From Cenococcum geophilum (lineage: Eukaryota): a DNA stretch of 64,000 bases. The notes below the pieces were generated by a model, which was given only the letters and a program-made list of their open reading frames with translations, made no database searches and was not told the origin of the DNA. A program made the translations under genes and the position numbers. Positions within the stretch are counted from its first letter, which is position 1, and each line of letters opens with the position of its first letter. Of the stretch, positions 25,401 through 37,979 are shown piece by piece. Location: positions 28,954,001-29,018,000 of the forward strand of contig CP158635.1 of the NCBI GenBank assembly GCA_050273025.1, read 5' to 3'.

Positions 25401-25834
25401 AACCTACCTCTATAAAATAGAAGACCCAGTATAGCGGCCTTAAGGCAGCTAAAACGGTGTATAATTTTTAAAAAAAAAGTAATAAGACTTATAGGAGAAA
25501 CCTCTTGGTAGGAATCTAACCAATTAGATAACTTTAACCGCTGGCTAAAGTTCCTTAAAATCTCTTTAACCACTTATATAGAAAATAAGCAATATATAGA
25601 GTTTTAGCTTTATAACCTTAATTTAATAGGTTATAAGCCTGGATTCGCGCCTAATAAGCTAAATCTAACTGTTTTAGGTCAACGATAATTATATACCCCC
25701 TAAATAATACGCGTATACCCCCAAATTGATATATATACACCCCTACCTTATTTAGTTTAGACGCTTCTCTATTAAGTTAGACGCTTTCTTATTAAATTAG
25801 AATATTATATATGTTTAACTTATTTGCGCCTGTA

Positions 25835-27912
25835 ACGTATCTTACCCCTAAGTAAGACACCCCCCTAAGCGAGATATACGTGTTTATACGCGCTCTTCTT
25901 TTTCCCTACTAAATTATACCTAAACCCGAAATTCCTTGTATAAATTAATATATCCCTCCCCTAATTAAGTTCTCGTAAAGCTAAAGTCTCTATATAAAAA
26001 GCTATATAAGACATTAAATTGGGCATTAAGCTATTAATTCGCAAAGCCTCTAGCGTTCACGTATTACCCCATTCTACCGTTACGTATTGCCTTACTAGGC
26101 GTCTCCCTTAATACCTAGCTTATAAAACGCTACTATATCCTTATTAGGAGGATTAAATTGTTAAATAGATATATGAATGTTAGTCCTAGGGCCTTGCAAT
26201 AAAGGTTAATATACTTTTTATAATAGCGAGCTCGTTCTTAGTAGAAAGTAGGGTAATAGGCAAATACTAGGGGATAAAATTTATACAACGTTATGGGCTC
26301 TATACTATTATAAGTTATTAATTAGATTGCTAGAGCGCCTAGAATAATAATCTAGTTATTATCTATAATTAGTTTAAGTTCTTTTAAAGCGTACGAAATA
26401 AATATTTAATTAAGCACTCAAAATTTATAGCCAACTTTAATGAGAAAGGGGTTATGCTAGGCTAAGTAGCAATGGCTTAAATAATTATCTCTGGCAAGAA
26501 TAGTAGGGAGAGGTTAAAGAATTGGACCGTTTAATAACCGAGATCTTAAAAGTTAGTCTCTATTATAGAGACAATTACCGCCGATGGCTCTTACCTACCT
26601 CCGTTCTTAATTTGGAAGGGGCAGTAATACTAGAAGACTTAGTATTAAATTACTAAGCATAATAAGCGCCTTCGCGGATATACTTATATAACCTTAACTA
26701 ATAGCTAAACGGACGACTCGTTAGGCCTATATTATATTAAACACTATAATAAATATATAAGATAACTTGTAGAGGACGCTAAGGGTAATATTTAAGGCTA
26801 CCATATACTTCTAATAGATAATTATTTAAGCTATCTTACCTAGCAGTTTATCCAGTATATACTATCGCGTAAGATTATCCTAGTAGCTCTTCTGCCTCAT
26901 TTAACGTATAAGCTTCAGCCACTAAATATAGGCTATTTTGGCCCTCTTCAATACTACTACAGCGAAGAAGTAGACAACTTTTGTTAATATAGCCATATAG
27001 GGGTAAACAAAGAGTATTTTATAAAGCTCTACCTAATGGCGGATATAAAGGCGTTTACTTATAAGATAATTTACAACGCCTAGAAAGCTATAGGTTTTCT
27101 ACTATATAATTCTACAGCTGTTTTAAAGACTTTACTAAATATAGAGCCCTCCGTAAGCCTATAATTAATTATAGGTATAAGTCCTCAAACGCTAAGGATA
27201 CCTAAAACAGTAGAGGACCTTTAGTCTCTACAAGATTAGATTACCAAATTAACTACTAAGCGGCTAGACGGTATGCTTAAATCCCCCATTTAATAACATC
27301 TTAAAAAGCTATTTAAAGCTGCTATAGGCTTTGCGACTAATGCATATATATAGAGAGAAGAGAATAAGAAGTTTTAAGCATTTAAAATGGATAAGAAAAG
27401 TAGTAAAGACTCCTAAGTAAGGGCAGAGTCCTTACCTAGGAAGACGTCGATAGATTAAAGGTAGAGGACCTAGAAAAACAAGAGCTCGCCGACTAAAAGT
27501 TAGCTTAAAAGGAGTATAAGGAAGGGACGTCTTTACTAGAGCTTAACGTTGCTTTATATACTAGATCTATATTAAACCCTAGCAAACATAATTAAGACTA
27601 GGCAACCTTTACACACGTCTTTTAGTATAATCCTTAGCCTATAGAGGATTTTGGTAATAAGCTAATCTAAAAAGGAGCTTTAGAAGAGTATAGTGGTAAG
27701 CTATCTAATTAGCCAACGCCAGGTGTAATATTACGCCCACAACGTACCCAGAAACTTCTAAGCCGTTTTCTTCTATAATAAGAAGCGTAGTCGCTTCAAT
27801 TTAGGCTATTTAGTTTTTAAATATAGGCGTTGTTGGTTTAATTATTAATATAATTGTATTTGGGTGCAAGTGTCTCGTTAGGGGGGTTATCTCACTTAGG
27901 GGTGAGACACGT
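25835..27912 (+). mobile_element. pogo/Fot1-type Tc1/mariner DNA transposon, TA TSD
   Basis: TA|ACGTATCTTACCCCTAAGT... and ...ACTTAGGGGTGAGACACGT|TA inverted termini; TA at 25833-34 and 27913-14. Confidence 0.93.
25950..27777 (+). pseudogene. DDE_1 (pogo/Fot1) transposase, RIP-inactivated
   Basis: NFNEKGVMLG (~26433, from NFDEKG), LLIDNYLSYL (~26808, from LLMDGHSSH), LPHLTYKLQPLNIG (~26890). Ends approximate. Confidence 0.88.
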
Positions 27913-28721
27913 TATCACGAAAATTAAAAGAGTATAGCTAGTATTTCGTTCAAATGCTAAGGGCTCTCTATAAGTAGATCTGTTAACGCGATTTGCAATT
28001 ATAGAGCCGGTTATAGGGTTGATTGGCCGACCGCCGCGACGCTCTATAATTGTAGGCCCTTGAATGCAAAGTAGAAGTATTAATTTAGGTCCTACCGGGC
28101 GTACGCGTGGGCGCGTAGGCGCGAAGCAGGTGGCAGCACCTAAATTAGTTTGCGTAGCGCCTTATACAGAGGCAGCGGTCAAAAGTTCCTGGCCCCCCCT
28201 TGTATGCGCTAGCCGTTAGTGGCTTAATGTGGCGTAAGCAGTGCTTGGCACGCACCGCGGGGTTGCGGCATAACAACTCTCCCCTTAATACCATACCCTA
28301 TAACCTTCTAAAATCCTTATTATATCTTACTATTTATAATGGGTAACTCATATAACATCTATATAAAGGCTTAGGCCCTTACTATAAAGATTTATAGCAG
28401 TATAAATGCTAATATCTAAACCACGGCAGCGTGCTCTAAAAAGGCACTAGTAGCTAAGAGCGCTGCTAGTGCTGCTCTCGTTGCTATCTTCGCGATATAA
28501 AAAACGTATAAACCACCCCAAAAGCCACCCTAAGAGCCTCTAGAGCTACCCGAATCACCTTCTAAACCACCACAAGTTCCACCTCTAGAACCACGACAAT
28601 ACCACGACGCTGCCTACTAATTAAGCTACTCAATGAGACGTTTATTAAGCCCGAATAAGAGCTATAACAGCAGCAGGAGCCACAGCAGCAGCATGTTAAG
28701 TCATTAAAGGAAAGAAGCCAC

Positions 28722-28790
28722 GGCGAGGTGGTGGACGAGGTAGTGGACGAGGTGGTGGACAAGGTGGTGGGCGAGGTAGTAGGCAGAAGT
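28722..28790 (+). repeat. 12-bp tandem repeat (GAGGTGGTGGAC)n
   Basis: About 5 degenerate copies, directly visible; explains the spurious STTS-rich ORF 28562..28762. Confidence 0.8.
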
Positions 28791-29223
28791 AGTAATCCTA
28801 TATACCCTATATATCACCACTACACTAGGTGGCTATTATAATGTTATATATCTATACTCTCGTCATATAGAGCCAAAATCTATCTTCTATACCAGCCTCC
28901 TTCCTAATTCGAAACGCTAAGAAATAGTATAGTGGCTTATTGGTGGCGCATTAGTGGCGCAGGGGAGCTAAAAACTTTTAACCTCTGCCTCCGTAAAGCA
29001 CTACGTAATCCAATTAATTGACTTATCGCGATCTAAATTTAGACTTTACTACTTATACTATAACTAAAATTAAGACTTAATTATAATATTGCAGTTATAA
29101 AACTTATATAGCGCGCACTTTAATTTTCGCGATATGGGCGCAAATAAGTCAAACGTATATGATATTCTAACTTAATAAGGAAGCATCTAACTTAATAGGG
29201 AAGAGTCTAAACTAAATAAGGTA

Positions 29224-29345
29224 GGGGGTGTATGCGTATCAATTGGGGGGTGTATATATATTATTTAGGGGGTGTACGCGTATTAATTAGGGGGTGTACG
29301 CGTATTAATTTGGGGGTGTATATATATCAATTAGGGGGGGTATAT
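29224..29345. repeat. ~21-bp subterminal tandem repeats (GGGGGTGTACGCGTATTAATT) within the right TIR
   Basis: About 6 copies here, about 3 inverted copies at 25690-25745. Confidence 0.85.
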
Positions 29346-31200
29346 GATTATCGTTGACCTTGTTTTATTACTAATAATAATTACTATCGCAATATAACTA
29401 CATAGGCGTTAAAAAGTCGTTAAACGTTTAACTAGCTTATAATGCCAAAAACCCATTGCAACCGCACATGCAACCTTACTAAAAGGTAGCGCCGCACTTC
29501 CAAACTTACGCATACCCATCTTACCATTAAAAACTATCGTTTTCCTAACTCCTAAGACCTAATTCTGCCTACCTAGCGAGCTAGAGGTAGACTTATTCCC
29601 CTTATTACCCCCTTTATTCTACGATAGAGGCCTTAGCAAAAGGGGTCCTAGCGTATAAGCGAAGCACGGATAAGAACACCAAAACTACTACTACTACTAC
29701 TACTACTAATACCAAAACTACAAAATATAGACTTTTCTTAGGTTTTTCTTCTATAGAAAGTAAAAGCCTAATAAAATAGGAGGTGTAGGTACCTTTCTAT
29801 ATCTCTTTTAGTCAGACTTTCCTTAGTAAGAGGAGGATTGCCTTTAGGGCTTTTCTGCTAGCAAAAGCCCAACAAGTCCTTTTTTTAGTAGTTTTTTCTA
29901 CTTCTAAAAGGAAAAGAAAATAACTACGCTAATCTTTTTTAGCTAGTTTTTCTACTACCTTCTAGCCTAGTCTCCCTAGAAATCCTCTAGTAGGATTAGT
30001 AAGGAGAAAAGGTAAAAAAGGATAGTAAAAACTAGCAAGGCTTTTTGCCTAGTTTTTTACCTCTGGGATTAGGAGATAAGAGACTTAAGGAGGTTATTAT
30101 CTACTAAAAAAACTAGGAAACCCCCCTATAAAATGTTAAAGAATCCTTAAGCTATTAAGCCTAAAAAGCTTCCTAAAGACAATAATACAGAGACAAGTAA
30201 TAAGGAATTCACTTTCCTTTTCCCCTTTTACTCTAGCCTATTTGGGATAGGAGAACCTTAGGCTACTAAGCCTTCTAAAGGTAAAGACACTATAGAGACA
30301 AGCGAGGATAAATTCTTAGCTATTTTACCTACCTTACCTACCTTACCTACCTTCTCTTCCTCTTCTCTTCCGCCCTCTCCCTGCCCATCTAAGGAGGACG
30401 TAGAAAAAAAGAATAGAAGGAAAAGAAGGCAATCTTCTTCTAAAAATAGAAAAGAGAACTAAAACTAAAGAAGAAGGCTACTAATACCTAAGCCTATTTT
30501 GGCTAGTATACCTTCTTCTACCTCTTCTCTAAAATAGCACCTATAAATAGCTCTATATAACCTAAACTAGGCCTATATAGGGCTAAAAGAAGAAGAAGAA
30601 GAAAAAGAGCAAGTTAAATTACTAGGGGACTACGTACAGAGTGTCTTAGTAGGGGAAAATCCCTTTACAAAAGAAAAGGAAAGAAAAGAAAGAGATGTCC
30701 TAAAAGGACTAGTAGAAGAAGTAAGAGCTCTCCGTAAGGAGGTAGCCCTAAAAACGCAAACCTACGCAGAGAAGCTAAAGAAGGGCCTCTCTTCTTCTAC
30801 TTTTGCTCCTTCTTCTTCTACTACCTCTTCCTCTACTACCTCTTCCTCTCCCCCTCCCTCTTTATCCCCCCCTACTAGTTCTACTAGCTCTACCTTTACT
30901 AAAGGAAAAAAGAAGCAGTTATAAGAAAGGAGACTAGTCTTAGTTACAGACCAAAAGGACTAGCCTTTAGATGTCTTCTCTCTACGAAATTAAGTCAATT
31001 AACTATTTATATCCAAACTGCAAATAAAGAAGCCAGTAATAGCTACCATAGCTAGAACTAGAGAAAAGCAGAATATTCTCCTTATAACTACAGAAGAATA
31101 CGATGTAGAGTATTTAGTTAAATATAAGGAAATCTGGTCTAACTGCTTCTCTTTTAAAAGGGAATAAAAACTAGAGCCCTGGGCTTAGGTAGTAGCTTAC

Positions 31201-33357
31201 TATAAGGGTACTTTTAGTCCCTTACTCGGCTGCATCGCTTAGGAGCTCTAAAGGGTAGCCAAGGCCTAGCCGAAGGCTAGGCTTGGCACCTCCTTATAAG
31301 CTCCTCAGGCTTGCAGCCTCCTTCCTCCCCTATTGGTTCGTCTCTCTATACCTAGGCTATTGCCTACCCTTATTACCATATCGTCCTCTTCCATCGACTC
31401 TCTTTATGACTTATGCTCGGCTTGCCTGCTCCCTACCATACACCCTAGCAATACTGCCTTACATTCAAACCGATCCTATACCCTTGCGGGTGGTAGCCTA
31501 TAGCAAGCCGAGGGCTGCGCCCTCGAGCAAAATCACGATCCTCCATTTCTACCTAGGACGATCGCGTTTACTGCGACACAGCAGGTACACCAGCAGACGC
31601 CTGGCAGATCGCATCCGCATAACGGTATTAGAATACGGATCAGGTCCTCTACCTTACCTAGGACGATCGCGTATGCTGCAAAGCAGCTACACCAGTAAGA
31701 CGTCTGGCAGATTGCATCCGCTTATGGTAGTAGATACAGATCAGGAGATAAGGGAGACGGTAGCTACCTAGCTAAGGGTCAGGGGCTATCCAGATCGTAC
31801 GCGATTGGTATACGCATACAATCGACAGTGCAGCGGTGCAGCTCTGCCCCGACGGCGACCCAAAGGTGATTTAATTGCTATCCAAAAGCTTTCTAGTAGG
31901 AGTCAAGGGGGATCCTACGCAATCAAGCTTGCAAACACTCTATAGCTAACCGCAGTTCACTCGCTACAGAGGTCCCACTAACAGAGATTAGAAGGTTAAA
32001 CGTCCTTAAAGAGATGCAGCTACCCTAGAGGCTATCCAATTGCTATTTAATGGCTATCCAAAGAACTAACGGCTAGTTTTCAAAGCTACAGCTACTACCA
32101 TGCTCTTCCAGATCAAATGCAATTAGGGCTACGGCCCGACCTAAAGACTCCGGATATCAGCCATAGGGCTGCCAAGACTTAATCGTACGCAATTGTCTCT
32201 TCTAAAGTTACAAGCTCAGCTTATAAGATCCTATTGCGGTTAAATGCCATCCTTAAGCTATAGCCACAGCTTCAAGAGCTACGGCTCGTCCAAGAGCTAC
32301 GGCTTATCAAGATTGTAGGTGGTCTCGCAAGCTACTGCTTACTTTAAGAGCTACGGCTCAAAGATTGTACGCGATCATCTTTCTGCAAGGCTTTGGTCGC
32401 TCCAAGAGCTCCAGCTTGCATCAAGAGCTACAGCTTGCCCAAGAGAATGGCAGCAGCTCAAAGATCGTACGCGATCATCTCTCTACAAAGCTTTAGTCGC
32501 TCCAAAAGCTCCAGCTTACATCAAGAGCTATAGCTTGCCCAAAAGATATGGCAGCAGCTCAAAGATCCTACGCGATCATCTCTGCAAAGCTTTAGTTGCT
32601 CCAAGAGCTCCAGCTTGCTTCAAAAGCTCACAAGACCCTATTGCGGTTAAATACCAACATCTCTCCGAACCCCTTCCGGGACGAGCCCTCTATAATCTCC
32701 CGCTACCGCAAGGTAATAGAGGGGGTTGACCGCAAGAAGGGGGGGGGAATATAAGGGATATTCTTGCGATCAAGCCGGCTCCAAGTGGAGACTATCTGGC
32801 TGTCAGCCATAGAGCTATCAAGACTTAATCGCAGGCGATTGTCTCCAAGACTGATCGTATACAATTAAGCCTTACCCACCAGCAGACGCTCTTTTCCTAC
32901 CTAAAATAGGCCCTTTTTCCCACTGGGTTTTGGCTATAGGTTAAGGATTTTATTAAGGCTGCTTGGCTAGTCCTTTTCCCCTATTTCTTTATTCCCCTGT
33001 ATAAGCAAGGCTTCTACACTGCTTACCTTTCTATATATAGAATCAATCTATTAGGATATAGGCTAGGGGCCAGCCCTAAATAAGGGGGGGGCAATATAAG
33101 GGTACTTTTAGTCCCTTACTCGGCTGCATTGCTTAGGAGCTCTAAAGGGTAGCCAAGGCCTAGCTAAAGGCTAGGCTTAGCACCTCCTTATAAGCTCCTT
33201 AGGCTTACAGCCTCCTTCCTCCCCTATTAGTTCGTCTCTCTGTACCTAGGCTATTGCCTACCCTTATTACTATATCGTCCTCTTCTATTGACTCTCCTTA
33301 TAACTTATGCTCGGCTTGCCTACTTCCTACCGTATACCCTAGCAATACTACCTTATA
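31201..33357 (+). mobile_element. Non-autonomous LTR element E (TRIM/LARD-like), 5-bp TSD CTTAC, inserted in LINE ORF1
   Basis: 263-bp LTRs at 31201-31463 and 33095-33357. TSD at 31196-31200 and 33358-33362. PPT AAGGGGGGGG before 33095. The 1.63-kb interior is made of short repeats with no gag/pol motifs. LINE ORF1 (VVAY|GVPI) is restored on removal. Confidence 0.93.
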
Positions 33358-33834
33358 CTTACGGCGTCCCTATCTCCCCTTTCCTAGGAGAAGAAGGCTC
33401 TAAACTTCTAAAAGAAGAAATAGAGACTTTTAATCCTATTAGAATACAGGGATTACCTAGATAGATCTTACCTAGGGAAAAGAAATATAATCTACAAACT
33501 AGGTTTGGCTCTATAGTCTTTACTATAGAAAATAAGGAGAAAAGATAGGAAATCCTTAAGTAGAAGGAAATCCTAATTGTAGGGGTAGCTGCTAAGGTAG
33601 TTAAATACCTAAAAGTCTCTCCTACTATACAGTGTATAAGTTGCTAAAAATTTGGCCATATAGGAGATAGATGCTCTACTAAGGCCTATCAATTTTATGC
33701 AGTGGTATATTTATCTAAGAACTACTCCTGTTTTACTTATAATATAATAGGAAGACCTTATAAGCATACTACCCCTCTTTACAGCAATTGTAAAGACTGT
33801 AAGTCTCTTAAAGCAGCTAAGCTAGTATATTAAT

Positions 33835-36800
33835 GAGTATAAGCTTAGGAGGTTCTATATAGGAAGAAGAAGAGATCTCTCTAGTTTCTAAAACTAGGGG
33901 AGAAATCTCCTTTATACAACATAATGTAGGAAAAAGACAAGAAGTATAGCAAACCTTACTAGAAATAGGATTTAGGAAAAAAATAGATATTATTCTAGTA
34001 TAAGAGCCTAGTACCTAGAAAGATAGACAAAAAGAATCCTATTTTTCTATTCTACATCCTACATTTAACCTAATCCTCCCTAGTAATCTAGCTATTTGAC
34101 CTAGAGTAGCTATCTATATAAGGAAAACTATTTCTAGTATTCTACAATATAGAAATAGGGAGGATATCTGCAAAGATACAGATATTATAGTATTAGAAAT
34201 CTATGGCCAACTTAAAAGATTTTTACTATTTAACATCTATAATAAGAGACAACTGGACGAAAACTCTAGAACCCAAAGAAGTAGTATAACTACTATCTCT
34301 AGGGCCATTCTAGAACTGGAAATAGATCTCCCTTTTATACTAATAGGAGACTATAACCTACACCATAAACGGTAAAACGCGCTAGCTAGGAACCTAACTA
34401 GGGAGGTTAAAGAACTAGTAGACTAGCTAGACAAATATAACTACCAACTACTAAATTCAGACGAATAGGAAGGGACCTTCTATAGATCTAATATAAGGGA
34501 AAAGTCTATTATAGACCTAGCCTTCTACTTAGGAAACTTCTAAGAAAATACCTGGGATAATTGGACTATAATAGAAGAAACAGGATCTAATCACAAGACT
34601 ATAACATTCTCTCTATTTACTAGAGAGACGTAAAGATACCTAAACCCTCTTTAAGAAACCCCTTTCTCTATAAAAAAAGGCAAACTAGGAGCTTTTCTCT
34701 ACCTCTTTAAAAGAGCAAGTTCTAGAGCTAGAACTAGAAGCGAAACTTTTAGTACTAAAAGAACTAGTAGGAGAAAACCCCTATATAGAGATAGGAGAAA
34801 AAGGTCCCCTAGCCTCTCTAGAAGATTTCTATAGACCTAGGGATAGAAGCTTAAGTACACTAGTAGATAATCTAGTAATAGATCTTACTAGAGGTATAAA
34901 GCTAGCAGTAGAGAAAGCTATCCCTAGATCTAGAACCTGCGAATTCTCTAAACTATGGTGGAATAAAGAGCTTGTAAAGAAAAGACAAAAAATAGCAAAA
35001 CTAGGAAGACTTTAAGAAGAACAACCTATTAGAAGTTCTAGACTAGAAGCCTATAAAGAAGCTAAAAATCAATACTTCTACGTAATAAGAGAAGCTAAGA
35101 CTAGCTGCTGGAATAGCTTCCTAGAAAAAGCACAAGGAAAGGAAGTTTTTACTACCCTAAAATATACAAAGGAGAGAACATTGCGAATAATCCCTAGTCT
35201 ATAGTATAGCAAAGACGGGACTACTAGACTAGTAGAAAGCTTCGAGGACCAGTGTAAAGCTTTTACAACTACTCTATTCCCTAAACCCCCCCCTTCTACT
35301 AGCCCTATAGAGTGGAAGGACTATATAATAGACAATAAATAAGAATGGCCAGAACTAGAGAAAATAGAAGTTAAATAAGCAATTTTCTCTAGCTCTAATA
35401 AAAAGGCTCTAGGACCAGATAGGATATCTTTTGCAATTTTATAAAAGGCCTACCCTACTATAGAAGATCTTCTATATAGAATCTATAGGATTTTATTTAT
35501 CCTAGGCTATCAGCTAAAGGTCTAGAGAGAAGCTCGAGGAGTTATTCTCCCTAAAGTAAATAAGGAGGACTATTCCTTACCAAAGTCCTATAGACCTATC
35601 TCCTTACTAAACTGCCTAGGAAAGACTTTAGAAAAGATCTTTGCTACTAAATTAGGATATCTAGCTAGTACTACTAGCTTGCTTTAAGATTCTCAACTAG
35701 GAGGAAGAAGACAGCGGTCTGTAATAGACGCAGTCTTATTACTTCTAAATAATATTTAATCTAAAAATAGTAGGAAAAAAGCTAGATAAAGGATAGCCAC
35801 TACGTTATTCCTAGATATAAGAGGGGCTTTTAACCATGTCTCTAAAAACTAGCTTTTATCTATCTGTAAGGAACTAGGACTACCTATAGCGTTTACACAA
35901 TAGGTAGCTACTTTCCTTAGCAATAGAAAGCTACAGCTCTCCTTTAATAGGCAAATATAAGAAAAAGTAGAACTAGAAACAGGGATACCACAGGGATCGC
36001 CTATATCCCCTATTTTATTTCTACTATATATACGCAATATCTACAGCATACAGATAGAAGGAGCCTACTCTCTTAGCTATATGGACAATTTTGCAATTAT
36101 GGTTACCTTAAATTCAGCCAAGTCTAATTATAAAAAGCTAGAGAGAATAGCGCTAGAGCTAATGTCTAAAGCTAAGGAAGCTGCTATTAGTTTCGACGTT
36201 AGTAAAATAGAGCTTATACACTTCTATAGTAAACGCACTACTATAGAAGAAGGGTTAAAGCTAGGAGACGTAGAAATATCTCCTAAACCCCTAGTTAGGT
36301 GGTTAGGGGTATTTCTAAACTCTAAGCTTACTTTTAAATAATATATAGAAATACAAATCTCTAAAGCAAAAACAGCCTTCTATTTAATTAGAAGACTAGG
36401 TAATATATAAAGAGGTCTATCTCTATAAGCCCTACGACAGCTCTATATAGCTTGCGTTACTACTATAGCAGACTATAGTGTATAATGCTGGTGGAAAAGT
36501 AAATCTAGAGACTACCTACTAGATAGGTACTAATCTCTATAAAATAAGGCCCTAAAACTAGTTCTAGGAGCGTTTAGAGGATCTTCTAGCTAAGCTATAG
36601 AGATCGAAGTCTCTATTCCTCCTCCTAGAATTAGATTTAAAAAGCTTTGTAATAACTACGTATTAAGAATCCTAAAATTTAAGGAAAACTACGTAATTAA
36701 GAAGGTCTATATAGAAGAGATCAATAAAGATAGGGACGAATTAGCAGCTAATTCTAGCTCTAGTTCTAGCCCTAAAAACTCTACTATAAAGTATCTCTTA

Positions 36801-37922
36801 TAGCTAAAGATATAGCTACTATCTTTAGCCTCTAGAGTTTAGCAGCTAATTTAAAACTGGAAAATAGAGAGAATCTCTCTAGAATGGCAAAAACCGTAGT
36901 CTCCTCCTATCTCTGCATTTTTTTCTATCTTAAGGGGTAGTAAAGAAGAAGCTGCATAAGAATATTTAAGACTAGTAGAAAATTTATAAGAATCCCTAGA
37001 GTGGGACCTAGTAGATATATACTATATAGATGGCTCTAAAGATAATAAATTAAATGTAGCTGCTATATGTAAAATAGGGGAGAGAAATAGGATTAAATAT
37101 GCAACGAATTGGAATCTAGGACCCTATATAGAAATTATAGACGCAGAGCTTTATGCAGTCTATAGGGCCCTAAAACACCTAAAATAATAAAAACTAGAAG
37201 AGAAACAAGTCTATATCTTTATAGATAGCTAAGCGGCTATTAAGAGATTACAGCTTAATTCTCTTATAGGGGGGCAAGAACTAGTCTTTAAAATTACGCA
37301 AAGCTGCTCCTATTTAGCTAGTAAGGAGATCTCTATTAACATCTACTGGGTTCCTAGCCATTTAGGAATCTATGGGAATAAAATAGCAGATAAGCTAGCA
37401 AAAAAGGGCCTTTCTAGAAGAAAACTATAATCTTTTTATACCTCCTTAGCCTATATAGGGAGAGCGGTAAGAGAAGAGATACTAGAACAGTAGAAAAACA
37501 ACTGGCAGCAGAATAAGAATAAAGGAAAACACTATACTAGGATCTGTAAAGGAAGCTATTTCTTTTCTCTTAAAGCCCCTAAGGATAAATATCCTAAAAG
37601 GCTATAATCGGCTTTCTTCTAGCTAAAGCTAAGAAAAGGCTATTTTAAATCCTTTACTAAAGTAATAGGAGAGGATAAAGAAGGTAGATGCTTTAGGGAA
37701 TGTAGAGCACTATAAACCCCTAGACATCTACTACTAGACTGCAATCTATATAGGGAAGAAAGAAGAGAAATGCGAAAGAAACTAGGCTCTTCTCTCTCTC
37801 TAAAGAAGCTATTTTGTATATAAAAAGGAAGAGAGGCGTTTTTTCTATTTCTAAGTAGGATAGGGATAGCTACTAGAAAGTGGCTAATAACAGCAGGATC
37901 TATAGGAGGTAACTCCTACTAG
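33835..37922 (+). pseudogene. LINE ORF2: AP endonuclease, RT, RNase H, CCHC; RIP stops
   Basis: QHNVGK, IILV*EP, IGDYNLHH, GSNHKTI, KALGPD, SYRPISLLNCLGK, GIPQGSPISPILF, YMDN (RIP of YMDD), YYIDGSK, WVPSHLGIYGN, CFRECRAL*TPRHLLLDC. Confidence 0.93.
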
Positions 37923-37979
37923 GCTCCTAGAAAAGAGATATTAGTAAGTAAAAGAATAGAAATAAATTACAAAAGGATA

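Larger units (their letters stand above)
25677..29359. mobile_element. Long-TIR DNA element, probably non-autonomous (GG...CC termini, 8-bp TSD; MULE- or Merlin-like, superfamily uncertain)
   Basis: GGTCAACGATAA... at 25677 is the inverse of ...TTATCGTTGACC at 29359. Inverted similarity extends >150 bp. Flanks are CTGTTTTA (25669-25676) and TTGTTTTA (29360-29367). An alternative reading is AGGT...ACCT termini with a 6-bp TGTTTT TSD. Confidence 0.8.

Noticed and set aside
28562..28762. 66-aa Ser/Thr/Cys-rich ORF
   Set aside because: Product of 12-bp and CAG-type repeats read antisense.
29685..29710. (ACT)n microsatellite as a LINE tail
   Set aside because: Lies at the 5' side of the plus-strand LINE; the family's tail is poly(A), as shown at 1671-1684.
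32260..32640. Repeat-spacer-like pattern resembling a CRISPR array (also 61985-62332)
   Set aside because: Irregular degenerate units without unique spacers, inside LTR elements of a eukaryote; no cas genes.
31283..32729. 162-aa and 136-aa ORFs in element E
   Set aside because: The first starts inside the LTR and the second translates tandem repeats; no gag/pol similarity.
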